A stretch of DNA of 27,940 nucleotides. Origin: a virus. Its lineage: Duplodnaviria > Caudoviricetes. The DNA is taken from positions 1-27,940 of IMG/VR virus record IMGVR_UViG_3300021425_003307, one strand, 5' to 3'. Shown here one piece after another: positions 26,071-27,940 of this stretch. Positions within the stretch are counted from its first letter, which is position 1; the number at the start of each line of letters is the position of its first letter. The notes below the pieces were generated by a model. That model was given only the letters and a program-made list of their open reading frames with translations, did not search any database and was not told where the DNA came from. The position numbers were made by a program, and so were the translations under genes.

Positions 26071-26075
26071 ATAAT
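26070..26075 (+). promoter_or_regulatory. -10 box TATAAT 5 nt upstream of ATG 26081
   Basis: TATAAT-AAATT-ATG abutting the terminator U-tract. Confidence 0.45.
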
Positions 26076-26080
26076 AAATT

Positions 26081-26467
26081 ATGCCTTTATATACTTATAA
26101 GCACCCAGAAACAGATGAACATAAAGATCTTTTCCAATCTATGGACGAAGAACATATTTATATAGATGATTTTGGTGTTGAGTGGCAGAGGGTATTCTAC
26201 GCGCCTAACGCCTCTATCGACTCCAACATTGATCCGTTTAGCCAAAGGCAGTTCACGGACAGCACAGGAGCAAAGAAGGGTACTATGGGTGATATGCTTG
26301 ACTATTCATCAGAAATGAGCGCAAGACGAGCAGAAAAATCTGGAGGAGTAGATCCTATTAAGAAAAAATACTTTGATGATTATGCTGCTAAGAGAAATGG
26401 TCAGCGGCATATAGCAGAGAAGAAACAGACTTACGAGAGCAAGAATGTTAAGATTGATTATGATTAA
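26081..26467 (+). CDS. FmdB-like protein lacking the zinc-ribbon cysteines
   Basis: MPLYTY.......F Q.M pattern typical of FmdB-family N-termini; the protein contains no Cys. Confidence 0.65.
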   Translation: MPLYTYKHPETDEHKDLFQSMDEEHIYIDDFGVEWQRVFYAPNASIDSNIDPFSQRQFTDSTGAKKGTMGDMLDYSSEMSARRAEKSGGVDPIKKKYFDDYAAKRNGQRHIAEKKQTYESKNVKIDYD

Positions 26468-27135
26468 AGACCAAATCTACCTTTGGTAGCATTGTAGTTT
26501 TGAAGGATCTCTGCTTGCGTAAGAGCTTTCTCATATACTCTAAAGCTTGCAATATTTCCTGTCCAATCTTGTTGTGGCGAATAAATCCTAGCACTACCTA
26601 TAACTAGATCGTGAGAAAATTCAAAACTGGTTATCGTATCGGTATCTTTTAATTCAGAATTTGCGTATAATTTAGCTGAAGATCCGCTAAAAGTCAAAAC
26701 TGTATGAAACCACACATTGCTTGTTATGGAAAAATCTGTGTCATTTACATTCCAAGATCTATCTTGGATTCCCCAAGCTAATTTCCCGTTTAGATACCCA
26801 ACGTAAAGTCTTTTACCGCCAAGCCATTGGCTATTAAAGAATAAAAACTCACTGTCACTCGTTCCAGATTTTTTAGCCCAAACTTCATAAGTTAAATCTT
26901 GAGTTGTTGGGTTTTTTCCTGAACCATAATTAGTGCTAACTCTATCCTCCGTACCATCAAAAACAATAGAATTGTCACTAAATGAAGCATTAACTATAGT
27001 TCCATTATTACCTTGGCTACTTCTGTCATACCAAGTCGATCCACTTCCAGAATAAGACAGCTTATCGGAAGCGTCCAAATTTAAAACCAATTGATCTGTA
27101 ACGATATTTTTACTATTTTTAATTTTTAAGCCCAT
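26464..27135 (-). CDS. LamG/concanavalin-A-like domain protein, probably virion-associated
   Basis: LVLNLDA....SY.GSGSTWYD.S..GNNGT..N, FDG, WFH, Y.KALT..EILQNYNATKGRFGL. Confidence 0.85.
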   Translation of the reverse strand: MGLKIKNSKNIVTDQLVLNLDASDKLSYSGSGSTWYDRSSQGNNGTIVNASFSDNSIVFDGTEDRVSTNYGSGKNPTTQDLTYEVWAKKSGTSDSEFLFFNSQWLGGKRLYVGYLNGKLAWGIQDRSWNVNDTDFSITSNVWFHTVLTFSGSSAKLYANSELKDTDTITSFEFSHDLVIGSARIYSPQQDWTGNIASFRVYEKALTQAEILQNYNATKGRFGL

Positions 27136-27139
27136 AATT

Positions 27140-27940
27140 TTAATTGGTTATCTCAAAGCTAAATCCTAAAGAGTAAGTCATATTTCCATTAACATCCATC
27201 TGGTATGATGAACTTTCCAACTTAACATCTTCAAACGAAAATGTATTTTGATACTCCTCTCCTGTATCCATGACTTGGATATCAAAAGCATATCCAGACT
27301 CATTGGTAATCAAAGATGCAATCTCTCCCGTAGCAAAACCAGACACTAAAAACTCTAGGTTAACAGATGAGGTAATTGGGTATTGGATCTTTCTCCCGTA
27401 TGGATAGTCGCTCCCTAAACCAAACAGATCCACTCTATTGATTGGGATGTTGAACGAGAATGATTGTAGGTGAGCGTCACCACTGATAGGCGCACCACCA
27501 ATCTGTAGGTTCTGCAATGTCACATTAACATCAGTAGGTGAGCATAATGGCGGATTAAATCTATTAAGGCTGCTGTAATAATCAAATCCACTCACTTTTG
27601 CATTCTCTAATTGGACAACACCAACGTTAGTGTTGTTTCCTGACTGTAAATTAATTGCTGGATTTAAAGATTCATCAAAAGCTCCATTTTCCATTTTAAT
27701 GTTTGAGCATTTGTAGGATGTAGAAACAATTGGAACAGACCCTACAGAAAATCCTAAAGAGTAATTTGTTAAAAAAGCATTACCTATAGAAATAACTTCT
27801 GAATCTTCTGTTAAATTACCTACTTCAGAGTTTCCATTATTAATAATATCAGACCCCTGATCCTCATGATTTATTATATAAAAGTTTTGATCTTCATTAG
27901 TGTAATCTTTAAAGAAACCAGTTCCATCATAAGAAGGGTT
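27140..27940 (-). CDS. Putative tail-tube/structural protein (partial; the ORF continues off the right edge)
   Basis: The frame is open for 82 more codons upstream of 27694 (NPSYDGTGFF...IGNAFLTNYSLGFSVGSVP...). It is beta-rich and acidic, with LQSFSFNIPINRVDLFGLG...P and a C-terminal YSLGFSFEI. Confidence 0.55.
   Translation of the reverse strand, partial: NPSYDGTGFFKDYTNEDQNFYIINHEDQGSDIINNGNSEVGNLTEDSEVISIGNAFLTNYSLGFSVGSVPIVSTSYKCSNIKMENGAFDESLNPAINLQSGNNTNVGVVQLENAKVSGFDYYSSLNRFNPPLCSPTDVNVTLQNLQIGGAPISGDAHLQSFSFNIPINRVDLFGLGSDYPYGRKIQYPITSSVNLEFLVSGFATGEIASLITNESGYAFDIQVMDTGEEYQNTFSFEDVKLESSSYQMDVNGNMTYSLGFSFEITN

Noticed and set aside
1-27940. Cellular (reduced bacterial) origin of the window
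   Set aside because: The highly divergent clustered replication genes, viral-type DUF protein, LamG and tail-tube-like genes, and absence of housekeeping operons favour a phage. No capsid or terminase gene is in view to prove it.

Overview
This 27.9-kb window reads as part of a large tailed-bacteriophage genome; that is an inference from gene content and density. It carries a bacterial-like replisome on the minus strand. The C-family DNA polymerase is encoded as three coupled genes (degenerate PHP, DEDDh exonuclease, DnaE core), next to a PD-(D/E)XK nuclease, DnaG-like primase, DnaB helicase and RecA/UvsX. Also present are a ClpA/C-like ATPase, an 8-gene sugar-nucleotide/glycosyltransferase block, and a ribonucleotide reductase with class Id (NrdAi/NrdBi-like) signatures. 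An extremely AT-rich divergent intergenic region (candidate origin) precedes a plus-strand unit of sigma factor, ssb, GT-B glycosyltransferase, Hsp20 and an FmdB-like gene. The window ends in the 3' end of a structural module (LamG-like and tail-tube-like genes). Recurrent regulatory patterns are -10 boxes 5-6 nt before start codons (leaderless-type) and an AAGTGTAA-like motif about 11 nt before starts. I saw no tRNA, rRNA, CRISPR array, intein or transposase. All calls come from motif recognition by eye; no searches were run.
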